Shown piece after piece: positions 26,201 to 41,200 of a stretch of 64,000 nucleotides of DNA (position 1 is the first letter of the stretch; every line of letters begins with the position of its first letter). Both the position numbers and the translations under genes were made by a program. The stretch comes from Perna viridis (taxonomy: Eukaryota). The notes beneath the pieces are model-generated. The model was given only the letters and a program-made list of their open reading frames with translations. It was not told the origin of the DNA and searched no databases. The stretch covers positions 19,340,750-19,404,749 of the forward strand of contig CM074524.1 in assembly GCA_037379345.1 (NCBI GenBank), read 5' to 3'.

Positions 26201-29200
26201 CTTCTTTAATGCAAAAAAAGAATTTCATATGTATTGTTTTTGCTGTTGTTTAAATGGTGACCTAAGTCAATATAGTTACATGCACATAACATGTAGGCAA
26301 TTTCAACAAGACAACTCTTTCTGATTTTTTAGTTCAAACAGATTATCTGTTAAATTGGACCATGATGTCAAGTCTGACTTATCCTCTGATATCATACATG
26401 TATACCAATTATATTGATAGTTACTTACCAGAGCCGTCAAGTATGGCGGAGTTTGGTAGTTTAACAACTTGGTTGACAGGCTTGATGACAGCAACAGGAG
26501 GAGTATTTTTCCTGGCAGGGGGCAGCACTGTTACATTAACAAAAGCTTCACCTTCCTGATGTGGTCCTGTTACATGTATTTTAAAAGTGTACAATCCTTC
26601 AATCAACTGTAATAAGAAATAAATTTGAACATTCAATTGCCTTTCATTAAAAAAAAAAATTGAATTTATCTTAGTTCAAACACTACAAATTCTGGTGAAA
26701 TCATTCTTTCCACCTTTATGCAAGCATTACTAATGTGTTACACTGACCAATGTAAGAAAAATTATAAAGACTTACATCAAAACGTGTTTATTGTTAACCG
26801 TGAAATTTTCGCTACATTTGCAGTTATTGCTTTAACACGAAAAATGAAACTGTCATGAATATTTTTTTGAAGGACATTATACTAAGTTGGAGAAAGACCA
26901 TGAATTTAAAACTGCACGAATTTAGATTAATGAAAAAAAATCATAAAAAAAAGATGGTGCAAAGTTCCCTGGATTACATAGTTTTGATTGACGACTCAAT
27001 AAATATTTAAAACAAATTCATAATCGTACCTTTTTAAAATCATTTTGTTTCATTTCTCCAATGAGGAACATATGTATTCGTTTATATAATATTTCTCCTT
27101 GAAAAATACTTAATTGAGAAGCAAATAATAAAAAGATTTTACTAAAAATTTGTTTGAAAATTGAACCTAGAAGTGTTCATTATAACTTACCTTAGATAAC
27201 TGTAATGTGTCTGTATTTTTCCCCACCATATTACCAATTTCTTTCCCATCAGGCATGGAGAGTAACACCCACTCATAATTAAACTTACTCCCTGAAGCAT
27301 GTAATACAAACATATCAGAAACATAACACTGACCCATATAATGTTTTCTTTAATTACTTCATAAGTTTTTTTTTATTTTAAAATAAATTCAATATTTCTA
27401 ATAAATATTAGTTTGTTTTAACATGTATGAGCAAAAAATATAAAAAAGGACATCAATGGAACACTAAATGATACACCGCAAAATGGTGAAAAAACGAGGA
27501 TGGCAAAATGTTCAAAAAGGCCTTACTCAAAAACTACATTCTGAATTTTGTTGACAACTGATCTTAATCTGTGTTTTATAGCACTTAACAACTGTTCAAA
27601 GTTAAAAAAAAAAAAACCAAATTAATCTTTTCTCGAGTTTTATCATTTGAAAACCATCATGGGATGGACAGAAGTACAAACGGAAACAAAACTTTTCGAA
27701 AGACACTCAGTGTGGCAGGGTATAGAAATGATGAAAAACTGAACATGGTTTCATTTGTTAGACATACATTCTACCAAAAAAATATGAAAATAACTGAAAG
27801 CATCAATTATCAATTTCATAAGGCAGACACAGACAGATGGCAGCTGTATACCAAAATATGTCTGCCAAGAGAAGAGTATATGAATTCATTCCTCTACAAT
27901 AACTGTGACCTACCTTCATCTCCTTTCCTGATGACATATGCATTCAATGTAACCTCATTCTTCGGTAACTGTATTACTTTATTTTCTCCAGCTGATACTG
28001 TCAAGTATATGACTGGAAAGGAAATATGAAATAATTATTAATGGATATTTATTTCCTTGTATGGTGCAGGGGTAGAAAAAGGAAAACTAGCTAAATCTTT
28101 TTTAATGAACTGGTCTGGAGTGAAGTTTATTTGCCCTTGTGATTTGTTTTTGGACGGAAAAAAAACATCAGAATTATGTGGCTCAAAAACTCTGTTCTTG
28201 CTGTAAGACTTGACTTGCCCATCATGGATTTTGCTTGCTGCAGGCTAGTGTGAGATTCCTTTTTTTTACCCCTGAATGAAATTCTGATGCTAAACCATCA
28301 TTGCATTAGTTGTATTGTAATTTGGGTATTAATTAGTATCAGGATAAGAATTAACAACAAAATAAAAACCACATCTAAAATCTACCAACAATCAGAATAA
28401 GTCTTCTCAATGTTAAAAACCATAAAAATTAATCCCAACAAAATTAGTGTTTAATTAAAAACCACAAAACTTTAAACCTTCAAAAATAAATGTTTCTACA
28501 ATATTCTGGATATTGTACTTCTTTTTGTTTACGTCGAGAATTAAACAAGTTAAGAATATAATCAACATAAGTGTCCATTATCTGTCAAAAATTTCATGGC
28601 CAATTTTTATGTGGTTGACATTGGAATTTTATTCTACTTTTTATAATATTTAAAACATATTGAAGTTAAAAGTAAATTTGATTTTATCTGAAATACTACA
28701 GATAGCTAAGATAGATGAGGCAGGTTTAATCTGTAAGAGGACAAATTTTAAGATAGATAGGCCCTATCAATTATGATCCACTTCCAGCAGACTTGGGACA
28801 ACTTGTCTGTGGGCTAAGATGTTCCATAGGTTCAGATACCAAAACTCTTCATTCAGTTTGTTTTTCTCATTCAGAACTATTTGGTCATTTTGCCTGAACT
28901 AAAGTTAAAAATCCTGGAAGTTTCACTACATGTACAGTGTAACTTTGTATCAGTTTAAGGCGGTATATCTAGGGTAAAGGACACAACTCTTATAAATCAT
29001 TTGAATGTTTGTATTCAACATTTTATATCAATCTCATGTAAGCATCAAAGTAACTTGGACTGATTTCATTCTATTTCAAAGGAAAGCTTGAAAGGCTTTG
29101 GTGAAATTGAATATCATACAAACATATCACTGATTTCAAAAGTTATGTCCCTTACCCTAGGTCTACCTCCTTAAATTGGATACATTAGTTGAAGGCAGAC

Positions 29201-32200
29201 AAAATGTTGATTACAAAATGTTCCCAATAATGTTATGGAGTGATTTCTCCATTGAATCTATTCCAAGATGAACTTGACTTACTTTTCTGAGTCGTTGTTG
29301 CAGATGTGGTAGTTGTGGGAGTTGTTGGGGTCTGAGATTTATTCTAAAAAAAGACACTACAGTGATGTAATTTTACAAACAACACAAGAGGTCCTGATGT
29401 CATTGATATAAGCTTCTGAAAACATGCAATTACATGAGGAAATTGAAATGATTTGAAATTTCTAGACAGCTTTTTTACTAACCGAATTTAATTTAAAGAA
29501 ATCGCTTTTCTGTAATCTTAAATATACATTTCTCATAAAAAAAACTGAAGTATTTGACAACCAAAAGTAAATTGGTTAGACAAGCAAATTTTATAAATCT
29601 TTATAAATTTTATTACTGATGTACAAATATACATAGAAAATAATCTCTTACCCTCTTGGCTGCTGAAAGGTCCAAGTCATCTGAAAAAACCAAAAGCAGC
29701 ATTTACTGTATAGTAAAAAACAACATATTTTTAAACCATCAATCAATTATCTAAAACTGTAGTTGTTGGAAGCCTTGATATGGATAAAACCATACAACAT
29801 AAAAAGGTGACATTGACAACAATACCTGCTCAAAAGATATTGTTAATTAACAAACGACAAAGAAAAGCTAAATATAAAAAACAATATATGCATGGATACA
29901 CAAAGTTTAATATTTCTCATCCATACAAAAGATAAAATCAGCAAAACAATTTTTCAGAAAAAAAAATCATGGAAAGGTGATAAATTTTGGTATTCTATTC
30001 AACCTAATATATTAACTACCAAAATATAACAGAGATATTATAATAGATAACCATTATGATTATTAAAATTCCTGTTTATGATTTTAAGATGTAAGCACCA
30101 TTAAAGTGCAAATTTCAGGTAACAGAATTAGTAAATAACCAGTTTTCTACACCACAGCTATAGAAACTAGCAGATACATAAAACCAATGCAATAAGTACA
30201 GCATACAAGGCCAATTATAACTAGGCTGGTTCTCAGATCATTTTTGTGAAAATCAATTAAGGGGAGACATATCTTTTCACTACAATGCCTCTCAAAAAAA
30301 AATGACGAGGGTATGTGGTTTTTATGTTGTTCATACCCTAAGAAGAAATGATGAGGAATTTTATTTGCTTTTAATTTAATAAAAATTGGCAATGATGCAC
30401 CTTAAAAAAAATTGAGAATGGATACTGAGAACTGAGAACCAAGAAGTTATTTAAGTTGGCCTTGCTGGCATCAATAAAGTAATATTTGCCCTTCTATAAT
30501 TAAAGGATCAAGGGGAAAATAATTTGTGCATTCATAGATTAATAACTTTTTCAGACACTGACATTTTTCTTATAAGAGAAACAGGATCACTCACTTGAAC
30601 TAGTCAGAAACCATATTTCTCCTTAAGTAGCAAAATATAACAGAATAAAAGATTATTGAGATTTAAGTAAAACAAATTTGAATTAAATTTCATTTACTGA
30701 TTTCAGTTACATGTAAACTTCTAAAAGCTTACTACAGGGACACCATACCATATTCTCCTATACAGCTCAGAAACAAATTACAAAGCTAAAGATACATTCT
30801 ATTACTTCTGAAACAAAAGAAAAATATTCAAGTTTCTAATCTCCAATTAAGAAGAAAATTGGCTTCTATTAGCATTCCTGAATTAGACCAGATAATTTGA
30901 TAATTTTTTTTTATAAGTCAAACAGAAGGGCAAACAATACCATAAATACAGGTAATTTTCTAGTTTATCTACAGGTAACAAGCAATATCCAATAAGTTAG
31001 TTATAAATGGTACTCTTCAGGTTGAATCAGGCCAATCTTTCTGTCTAAACCCTATTTGGACATTAAAATTGGTTAGGTTACGACAGGGCCTACCAAGGTT
31101 CAAAATACAAGTTAACTGTTAAAAGTGTCTGGTTTTTACATGTTTTTGAACTACTGTGAAAGTACTATTGTTCGTGGGGTACCGATTTTCGTGGTTTTAG
31201 TAGGTAGGTCAAACCATGAAATTTGGTTCCAAATGAATAGTAAATTCCCATTGATGTGTATACTGAAAACTTCACAACCATGATTTCAAGAATCCACAAA
31301 CTGGTGTATCTTCCCTGATCCACGAAAATTGGTATCCACAAATTAAAGTACTTGCACAGTATTCTGGGTTCAATTAAAACAGGTTTCACTGTGAAGTAAT
31401 GTAAAATATCATATTTAACACATTACAAATATCACATTCTTTTCTTTCAACCAAATTATATTGCTTATCTTTCAAATGAAGATAATTAAGAATTTCCAGC
31501 TTACTTTAAACACATACAGCTTTAGTATGTAATAGACACCAAATTATTTGATCTACCTGAATACAAGGTGATATAAGAAAGATCAAGACATTATACTGAT
31601 GTTTTTCTTGAATAAATCACATTGTCATTTTTTAATTGCAGTTATACCAAATTAACTGAAAAGGGATCAGTCTTAATTTGGTGAATAAGAAGAAATTCAT
31701 GTTAATGAAACATAATTTTTCAGGAATTTTTTAGCTTAAAAATTCTTCCTAAGTTCAAGATTGAACAAAAAAGGTGAAAATGGGCAGCAGAAAGCATGGT
31801 ATCCCCTGAATATTCTGTGATCTTGATTTTAAACAAATTTTGAATAAGAAATTCATGATATATGGGAATGTCTATACTGTATTATTGACAAGACTTAAGC
31901 TTCACAATAGATCTCTGAAACTTCTGCAGTAAGGGGGGATACAATTTATCTATTAAGATATTCTTTCATAAACATGATAAAGTAATACATTCAAGAAATG
32001 GCTAAATCGATATCCCCCGCCCAAAAAAAAAAATGATTATTTGTTAGAGCCATTAAAAATATCATCCTTGAAAATAGCAATGTTTACAGTAGCTTACTAT
32101 TATGTTAAATCTCATACTTTACGACTGAACTAGCTGAAACACACAACTACTATCAAATCAGAAATTATTGTACGCATAAATAATGCATTTTGTCATTTTT

Positions 32201-35200
32201 TTCTAAATTTTAATCTTTATGATTATCATATATTTTTTTTAGTGAGTTCGAACAATTGAGATTTAAACCATTACAGTTATTTTTTTTTTCAAATCCTAAA
32301 AATATTACAATAATTTCTGAATGTACAGTATATAAAAATCCAACTTCATGGTTAGAGAATAAATGTCTGAAGATGATGGAGGAATCCCACATCAATAAAA
32401 ATAGAAATTCATTCTTATCTTTGACATATTTCACTATAAATTTCCTTTCAGACAGTTTAGACAACATTTATATTTGACTCCAAGTAAACAGGTATTTGAA
32501 GGGTAAAGTCAACATTTTTGACAATTTACAGATTTTAAGGAATTAGACCTCAGGTAAGGGAAATAACTTTTGAAATCCGTGATACGTTTGTATTATACCG
32601 TATAGCGGGTTATTTTCGCGGGTTTACCGTTGAACCAGAAAGCCCTTTGTATTTTTGATGTTTTTAGAGCTCAAATGGGAGACAAATTCTTGGAGTTCCT
32701 AAACGAAAAAACCATCAAAGTTGTTTATGTTCCCGCCTGTTGTACTGATCAATTACAACCCATGGATGTGAGTGTACAAAAGGCAGTCAAATACCATCTT
32801 CATGGTTCGCATGAGAAATGGTACTCAGAGGAAATCGTGAAACAATTTGACAGTGACAAAAATGCAGCGCAGTGTGAGATTGTCAATCAGGTGGATTTAT
32901 CTTTATCTAGACTTAAACCATTGTCTGCAAAATGGCTTGTTCAGATTTTTCAGTACATCTCAAACAGTCCGGAAATTATCCAAAGTGGGTTTAGGGAAAC
33001 TGGTATTAGTGTTGCCTTAGACGATTAGCTTGAGGACGAACTTCCGCTTTGCCGAATGTCACGATCAAAATGAACAAACATGAAATTTTAACTGGATTAA
33101 ATGATATATTTTATGTGTTTTATTTGCATGTATGTTTTATCTTCTAATTAATAAAATATTGTACTTCTTACAACTTTAGTTTCAACATTACAATCCATTC
33201 AGGGTGTCCTATACAAAGTTTTATTGTAAGGGAAAAATTGTCATGTTTTGACTCTAATATTTTTGAAACAATGGTAAAAATTATGCATACATAGGACTTC
33301 ACCCGCAAAAATATTTTGTCACACCTCTTCAGACCACAAAAAAAAAACCACGAAAATATCTTCCAGATATATGGCCTTCAAAATCGCGAAAATTTAGCCC
33401 CGCGAAAATAACCTGCTATACGGTATTCAATTTCACCAAAGCCTATCAAGCTTTTTTTTGAAACAGAATGAAATCAGTCCAAGTTACTTTGATGCTTACA
33501 TGACATAGGTGTAGAATGCTGAATACAACTGTTCCAATGATTTGTAGGAGTTGTGTCCCTTACCCTAGGTCTACCTTTTTAAGGAGTAGTCTTTATAAAA
33601 ATGAGGCAGGAGGTCATTAAACCAAGCCAATTCATTTTTGTTTCTAATTCAGAAACAGTTACAAACTACATAACCAGTCTTAGTTTATTTGGTTGTCACA
33701 CTTTCGAGATAAAAAAATCCATGGATTGTGTATGAAACTGACACGTTGCTATAGTTATTCAATAACTTATTATTATTGGTTACATTTAACCCAATCAGTT
33801 GCTGGTAATTGATTTTATTGGGAGATAAATTTATGATTTTCTCAAAAATACAGACTTACTATGTAAAAATATAGTATATATAGACCAAAAAATTTTGTTT
33901 GGTGGGTTTTCTACACCATGAATCACCTCTACTGTAGATAGTGTCTAAATTTTATATGGACTGATGCTTAAGCCTCCAAACTTGAAGCCCTTAAAATAAA
34001 TCCAAGGTTTTCCCACATTTGCTATTCTGTGAAATAACTTTCTATTGTGGTTTTCCAAAGTTACTGCAATATTATTCAGATAAGATAAGGATTTGAGGAT
34101 ATAAAAATGAATTGTTTCCCACATGAAAAAGTTGTCCACATTTTTGGCCAAGAAAAAAGGACAAGTGTTTCCTCTCTCATCTTTAAATCATTCAGTCTAT
34201 CATTACACATGATTTGTTCAAACATTCTATAAGTCCAAAAGCATCAATTGTCTAACAGCACCTATAGAGGTGTTATAAGTAGAAACACAAGTAATTTCCC
34301 CTTGGCCATAGAAGTTAGTAACTAACTATATAATCTACAAGCAACAAAGTTATCATAACATAATATAAACTCCCAGTCGCAATACCTAGAGAAATATTAA
34401 CACATGTATAATTATCATCTCGCAGAAAACCATCAAGACAAACACAGATGCCTATTCGACTGTGAGAATCGGCAGGAATGAAGCATTCTTCGTAGTCATC
34501 ACACTGGCCAATAATCCCATACTCACACTGTCGTCTGTGGTGAACAGATGATGAGGTAACTGGTGAGACTGTAGAATTCACTGAAATGTTCACATCTAAA
34601 ACATCACAACATCAATAACCCTACCGAAGACCCATCCTACATAAGTAAGTCATGTACCACAAATTTTAATTATAATTTCTGACTAACCATTAAATATTTT
34701 CATTTTTTGAAAGTTCCTTTATAAATTCCTTTTTAGTTTTTTGTTGGATTATACCTGAAATGAGATATTGCATGCTATGATCTGTGATCTTTCAAGAGTG
34801 GGTCATGCATTTTGGTTTTTTTTTTTTCATGATGCAAGAAAAGTAAATACTACAAATATATACAGAAACCACCAAAACAAAAATGGCAGCAAATATTGGT
34901 AATCATTCAACCAGATGTATTGGACAGAAAAAGTACTAAAGACAACAATATTACCATGGTTACCACAATCACACTAAGGATGCATGCATGAAGCCAATTA
35001 TGATTTGATCAATTCTTATTGAATTGAGTATTCTAAACACACTCTGAAATCAAAATACAGTTCTACATGCTATTGCTCGATGGCAGGAATCCTAAATGAT
35101 TTGAAAAATAAGGAAATTCACAAGTCAAAAAGTATATTAGACTAAATAAAACAATATGTGCGGTTCTGGTCCCACGGATGACCATAGTCTTTACTACCTC

Positions 35201-38200
35201 TACCGTTACATGATTTGGTCATCATGGTCTTAAATGGAGGATTAAGGTACGGAAACACAGAATCTGAGCTCATATTGAGGTTAAAGCAGTTTGACTACAT
35301 CTTGTGGAGTAAACTAGAAAAGAAAAATCCCTACTTGCCAACAATTTTTTTCTCTGATGTGAATAGAACCAGGAACATTTTTCTTTATTTGGCATTATGT
35401 CTCTGAAACACTTATCATAACAACTGATCTCTAAAGGTTTGGAAAAATAAAACTGCTATTGATCTTTTTCCTTAATTCCTTCCTCAACAAATTGGTAAAA
35501 TTTTGTGTTGAGGAAGGATGTGAGGAAATTCTCATTTTGAGATTGTTTACGAAACATAGCTCATATATACTATTGTGAAACAAAAACCTGAACTTTAAAA
35601 CAACTTGCTGATTGCAGTAAAATATATTGCAGAGTATTACCTATGAGAACACATTGATGATTAAGATCAAACTGGTACCCCTCAATACACCTACAGGTAC
35701 CAATTCTACTGTGTGAGTGTCGAGGGATGTAACACTCCTGATAATTGTCACACTGATGGAGAAGTCCATATTCACACTGGTGAAACGTGAAATGATGGCG
35801 GGTAGGAGAGGAATGTTCTGAAATGGTTTGGTTAAAAGCAAAATAAAGCAAATGTCATAGCAAGGATTTCATATCAGTAGAAGTATTTTAGCTTAAGTTT
35901 TTCTATCCAAGGTATTATGCCTTCCTTCAGATATATGTATATATCAGTCAACTTTCTCGCAAATTAAAATTAAGCACTAAATAATCATAATCCTAGCTAT
36001 GACCATAAAAGCAGCCATAAGAAATAACTGCCAAACTAAGTACCCCCCCAAAAAAAAAACCATCTCTAAATCCATTCCAAAATAAGTCAAGAAATTCCAA
36101 AGGTATGTGTGTAGTCATGAATTGTTTCCCAAAAACACAGGTAAATTTTACAATTGGAACTCCTCAGCCTTTCTAGTTACACAAAAGAAAAACCTCGTAG
36201 GCACTAGGTGGCAGAGCCTTTTCAGAATTTGACCAATCTGATTCTAAAATTATAGTTTTACTAGTTGAAATTTTTACCATTACTAATTTTCCTAGCTTCT
36301 CGCGTCAAAATTCTTGACAGAGTTATTGTTCTTTAATTCTAGTGACATCTAACCATTATGATGAACTATATATGGTGACTTAAAACTTCTACAAAATTTG
36401 AAAAAAATTCATTGAGTGGTTTCTGAGGAGTTGTGTCCGTCAGACAGACACAAGGACACCAGTATTTCTTTGTACCCTTCTGTGCTGTGCCGGGGGACAA
36501 AAATACAATCTAATTTTACACTTTAAAGCAATGTCATAATCCTTTTTTCCATTACCGTTATACCAAAGTCATGTAAAATCTGAACACCCTGACCTTGGGA
36601 ATCTCTTGAAACACAAATACCTTCTAGTATTTCTATCAATTTGACAATCTATTATGAGCAAAATAAACTCTTCATATCATAGAAATTAGTACAAATTTAA
36701 TTGAAAATGTATTAGGGTCAACTGAAAAAAGTCATATAGTTTTTTTGTTCTTTTTCATTTGTTCCAGATCAAATGATAGACATACTAACCTATAGGTAAA
36801 AATCCCACATTTAAAAATGAAACTATACCCAGAAAACATAACATGCATTAAGTTCATTCATAGAAGAATACTAGCAAATGATTCATTGTTAACACAATGC
36901 AAAGACAAGATATCAACATGCACTTATTTTATTAGACAGAAAGTTAATTGAAAAATTGCAGTTTACACCAATATTATAATCTGTAAAAATGTGCAATGCC
37001 TGACAAGGCTATGCAAAGGTAATTTTTTGGTTCTCAGGACAATTTTTGTTAGTATGAAAGACTAGAGATACAGGCATTTCTCTTTGACCTTGTTATTGTA
37101 AAAAAAAATATGACCAGGTTCTTGTTTACATTGTTAAAGACTGATCAAGTTACAAGAGAGGTGGGTTTTCTTTTATATTTTATTTATAAATGGGTAATAA
37201 GACATCTGCAACAGAGATCATGGAGGGCATGAGAACCAATGACTTAACTTTGCAAGGTCCAAAATATGAAACACAAGGTACACGACAAGACATTTACAGC
37301 TGAACAATCAACATGACAAAAACAGAACATTAACACTTGAAGTTAACACTAAACCATGCCAGTATACTTACTGGGGATTACAGATTAACACTAAACCATA
37401 CAAGTATACTTACTGGGGATTACAGAGTGAAGTTAACACTAAACCATACAAGTATACTTACTGGGGATTACAGATTCACACACACCATCCTGATTCTTCT
37501 CAAAGCCTTTCTTACATACACAGATTCCCATGGAAGAACTAAGTGCTGATGGTAAGTAGCATTCTTCATGTTTACTACATTCATCTCTGTCGGGGTCACA
37601 GATTGTTGGTGTTTTCTTCCCTAAAAATACAAATTATCTCCCTTGAATAAAAACAGTCAAGTTTCCTGACAAATGTTACTTAGGTTCGTATACATGGATA
37701 CATTTGTATTGAGATTTTTTAAACCTAAGTATCAAAGAAAACCCTAACAAGCAATAAAAGCGTGAACAGCGTACTGATCATCTAAAAAAATCTTTACTGG
37801 TATATAAATATGAACCTATGTAACAAGAAGAGTCTTTTCTAAACTGCAGTTTGATTAACAACTTTTGTTAGTCTTTTTATCACAAATATAAAAGATGCTC
37901 CTTTATCTAATACCAAGATAAAAGATACTCCTTTATCTAATACCAAGATAAAAGATATTCCTTTATTTAACATCTAAGAGTAATGACATAAAACTTTGTT
38001 TATATCATATATATTTCACTTTTGTGTGTCTTCTTTGAGGGGGGGTCCTTTTATAACAAGTACTTGATGCTTAATGTGATATACAAATGAAAAAGCAACT
38101 TTGATGACGTAATTAAATCTTAAATTATTAAAACAAGAAATTGCTTACTAACTTGATACCCATTAAATAACATATACCTTTTGACCTCCATATTAATTTG

Positions 38201-41200
38201 TAACTAAGTCTAAAATAGGACATTCCTCGCACGTTAAAAAACCCTACTATGGTATTCTCCCGGAGTAGGAACCATAGGGCTCTGCCACAGGAGGCTAAAT
38301 TGCCCGACCCTACCCACCTCTCCCTATTTCCAGTGGCAATCAAAATTTCTCGGCCCATTATCCTTGTGTCCCATACCATTTTTCATTTCATCATCATTTC
38401 CTGTTCATTTTATCATCCACTTCATGTTCATCGCCTGAATATAGTTGAAATATTTCTGCTCAGGTGTTAAACCCCAAAAAACAAACAAACAAACTAAAAT
38501 AGGAGGTGCACAATGGGAACATGTACATGTAACAAAGATTCTCTGAACGTATTAGTAAATTCCATTCATGGTATATGAGGAGTAACAGATAAGAGATGGG
38601 TCCCACCGTGTCCCCACGTTCATAAATGACAAGTCCATGTTCTCCTATAAGAAACCCCATATTGATTCCAATCAATATAAAAAATATATTGTGCACAATG
38701 AGAACATAATATGCAGATTCTTTTAAAGTTTCATTCAATTCCATTCAGTGACATATGAGGAGTAACAGGTAAGAGATACCCCCACCCCATTTGACATCCC
38801 CATATCCATAAAAAGTCCATGTTTTGCAATGTAAAATCCCAAAAATAATTTAGATCAATATTGAAAAAAAAAGAGGTCCACAATATGAACAAGTAATAAA
38901 GATCCTGTGAAAGTTTCATTAAATTCCATTCAGTGGTGTAGTATGCAGAATAGATAAGAGACAGGTCCCCTTGCATAGTGAAAGGAAGGACAGATGAACA
39001 GAAGGACAGCCACCCCTATCACTATATACCCCCAATTTGCAAGTGGGTGGTAGGCAGAAAACACCTTAATGCCCCCAATGCCTAACAGTAAAAGCATATT
39101 TTTTTTATATTGCAATACTGTGACCTTGACTTTTGAATAACTGATCAAATTTGCCCTAGTCTGTAAGAAATATAACATATTTTATATCATAAGAAAAATC
39201 AATAAGCCTTTTTAATGTTCTATACATAATATGCTTTTATAATGAAACATGCTTCCTCAAGATTACAGTTAATATGTTCATTGAAGGTCACGATAAGGAC
39301 ATCTCTACTCAAGTCAACAGGAAAATGGAGTCTGAAAAATCTAATAAATAAAAAATAAGATATTAAAAAAAACACAGCACATGCATCCAAAATGTGAATG
39401 TAAAGACAAGAAGACTTTCACTAGGATGAGAAAGACGATATTTATAAACCGGAGGCAAAATATTCACCAAGAAAACAAAGAAAACAAAATAAAAACCACA
39501 ACTTAGATAACATAGAGATAGAAACCATCATTAAAGACACTGCCAGCCACAAAGTAGTGAGGTTCTAATTAGCTAATAAACACAGAAACTAAAGAATTAA
39601 ACAAGCAACCAAGACTCCAATTATATCTGGTGGTGTGTGCATTAGCCGGGTAACTCCTTTGCTTCACCTTTAGAAGAAAAAGGTTAAAATGTGATATTAA
39701 TTATGTAACTTCTTCAAGTTTTACTAAATACATCTCCAAATAATTTGTAAGTAGAGACAGAGATAAAATGTCCAGACAAACATACTGCACACCATGACAA
39801 AGTTATATCAAAAGTCACAAATAGTTCATACAGATAATGAACTGAAGCTTCATTTCAAAGCCTTGGAATGATTTAAAATAAATTCAGTCAGAATTAAAAA
39901 TCAAGTGAATACACACATTATAGTCATATAAATTACTTGTGGTAAAAATATATACTCAGAAGTCTGTCATATGATGAGCATGATGGTCCATTAGAGACAA
40001 GAGTTCGACATTTACATCAATGGCTGTTAAATACTAGTTTCATAAGATTCTATACAGTTTGGAACCAGAATTTCTATATCAACCGATCAATATGACTAAA
40101 TGAAGTTAAAAACCCTGTTTTCTGAAATAAAGTACTTGTAAAACAACACACTGTATGGAGGAACATACATGTAGTCGTAGAACGCACTTTGATCCCATTT
40201 GACTATATATATATATATAGACAAACATAAAAACTGTGACTAAGTCTACCATAATTTGCCGATTCAACAACCCCTTAAAAATGTAACATGTACATGTAGA
40301 GAACATGTTATATGTTTCATAAGAAATAACTTTAAAATAAAAATGTAAACCAGGCAACATGTCATATCTTGTTTTAGAAAGTATAACATGACTACAGATG
40401 GTAATGACATAACATTATAAATCTGTTGTATTATTTTCCTTGAAATGAAAAGTTCTCTTCTTTCTCACATTGATGTTGTTCAAGCTAATTAGAGCATTGA
40501 TCACTAAGAGAGACACCCATCAAATAAATAAAATTAAAATGATTTCATAGATGAAGCTATATGTACTCAAATATGCCTTTGTAAATAATACATAATTCTC
40601 TCTGATAATGTTGTTATACAGCTGATGTCTCAACCAATGGCAATGTACAAGAGTTTATATAACACATGCTGAGTATCTGCATTTAAAGTTCAAACAATTT
40701 CTTCTTCACTGCACACATCCATTTTGAAATAAGTCACTTCTGACAGAACATATTTGAGCCACTCGTGTTTCAGAGCGTCTACATATGTAGAACTTCTGTG
40801 ATGCTTCATCCATATTAAACTGCCTGCAACTACTGATAGAGAAAATTCTTTCAAGAAAATTCATAAATTTGGTCCTGCTCAATTCCATTATGCATATCCT
40901 GCAAACTTTTAAAGCTGTTACTCAAAAACATAGGAGATAGGTAAAAGATCCATGAACCCCCACCACTTATACCCCCATTGGCAACTTGGCACACATATAG
41001 TATCTCTAATTTTGACAATATTTTACTAAACTTAAAGTTTTGCAGTGGCAGGATTTGACAATTGCCCTGGGAAGGTAAAATTACCCCTCAGACAAGTAAA
41101 GATTGATTTATACTTATCCAAAAGACAACTTAAAAATAAGTACCTTACCATGCATTAACTATCAAAAAGGTTGATCTAGTTTTCAATTCTGACAAGTAGA

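Noticed and set aside
27664-28029. 121-aa plus-strand ORF and similar ORFs (22213, 26362, 44763, 46114, 57851)
   Set aside because: Antisense shadows of real exons or chance ORFs with no recognisable motifs.
30733-30757. Possible 25-nt micro-exon (TAG...GTAAGC)
   Set aside because: Would shift the frame and has a poor pyrimidine tract.
32630-33028. Domesticated transposase host gene
   Set aside because: N-terminally truncated, starts at TTG, and is enclosed by TIRs with a TA TSD.
37337-37549. Repetitive 70-aa ORF (LTLNHTSILTGDYR x3)
   Set aside because: Antisense reading of the donor triplication.
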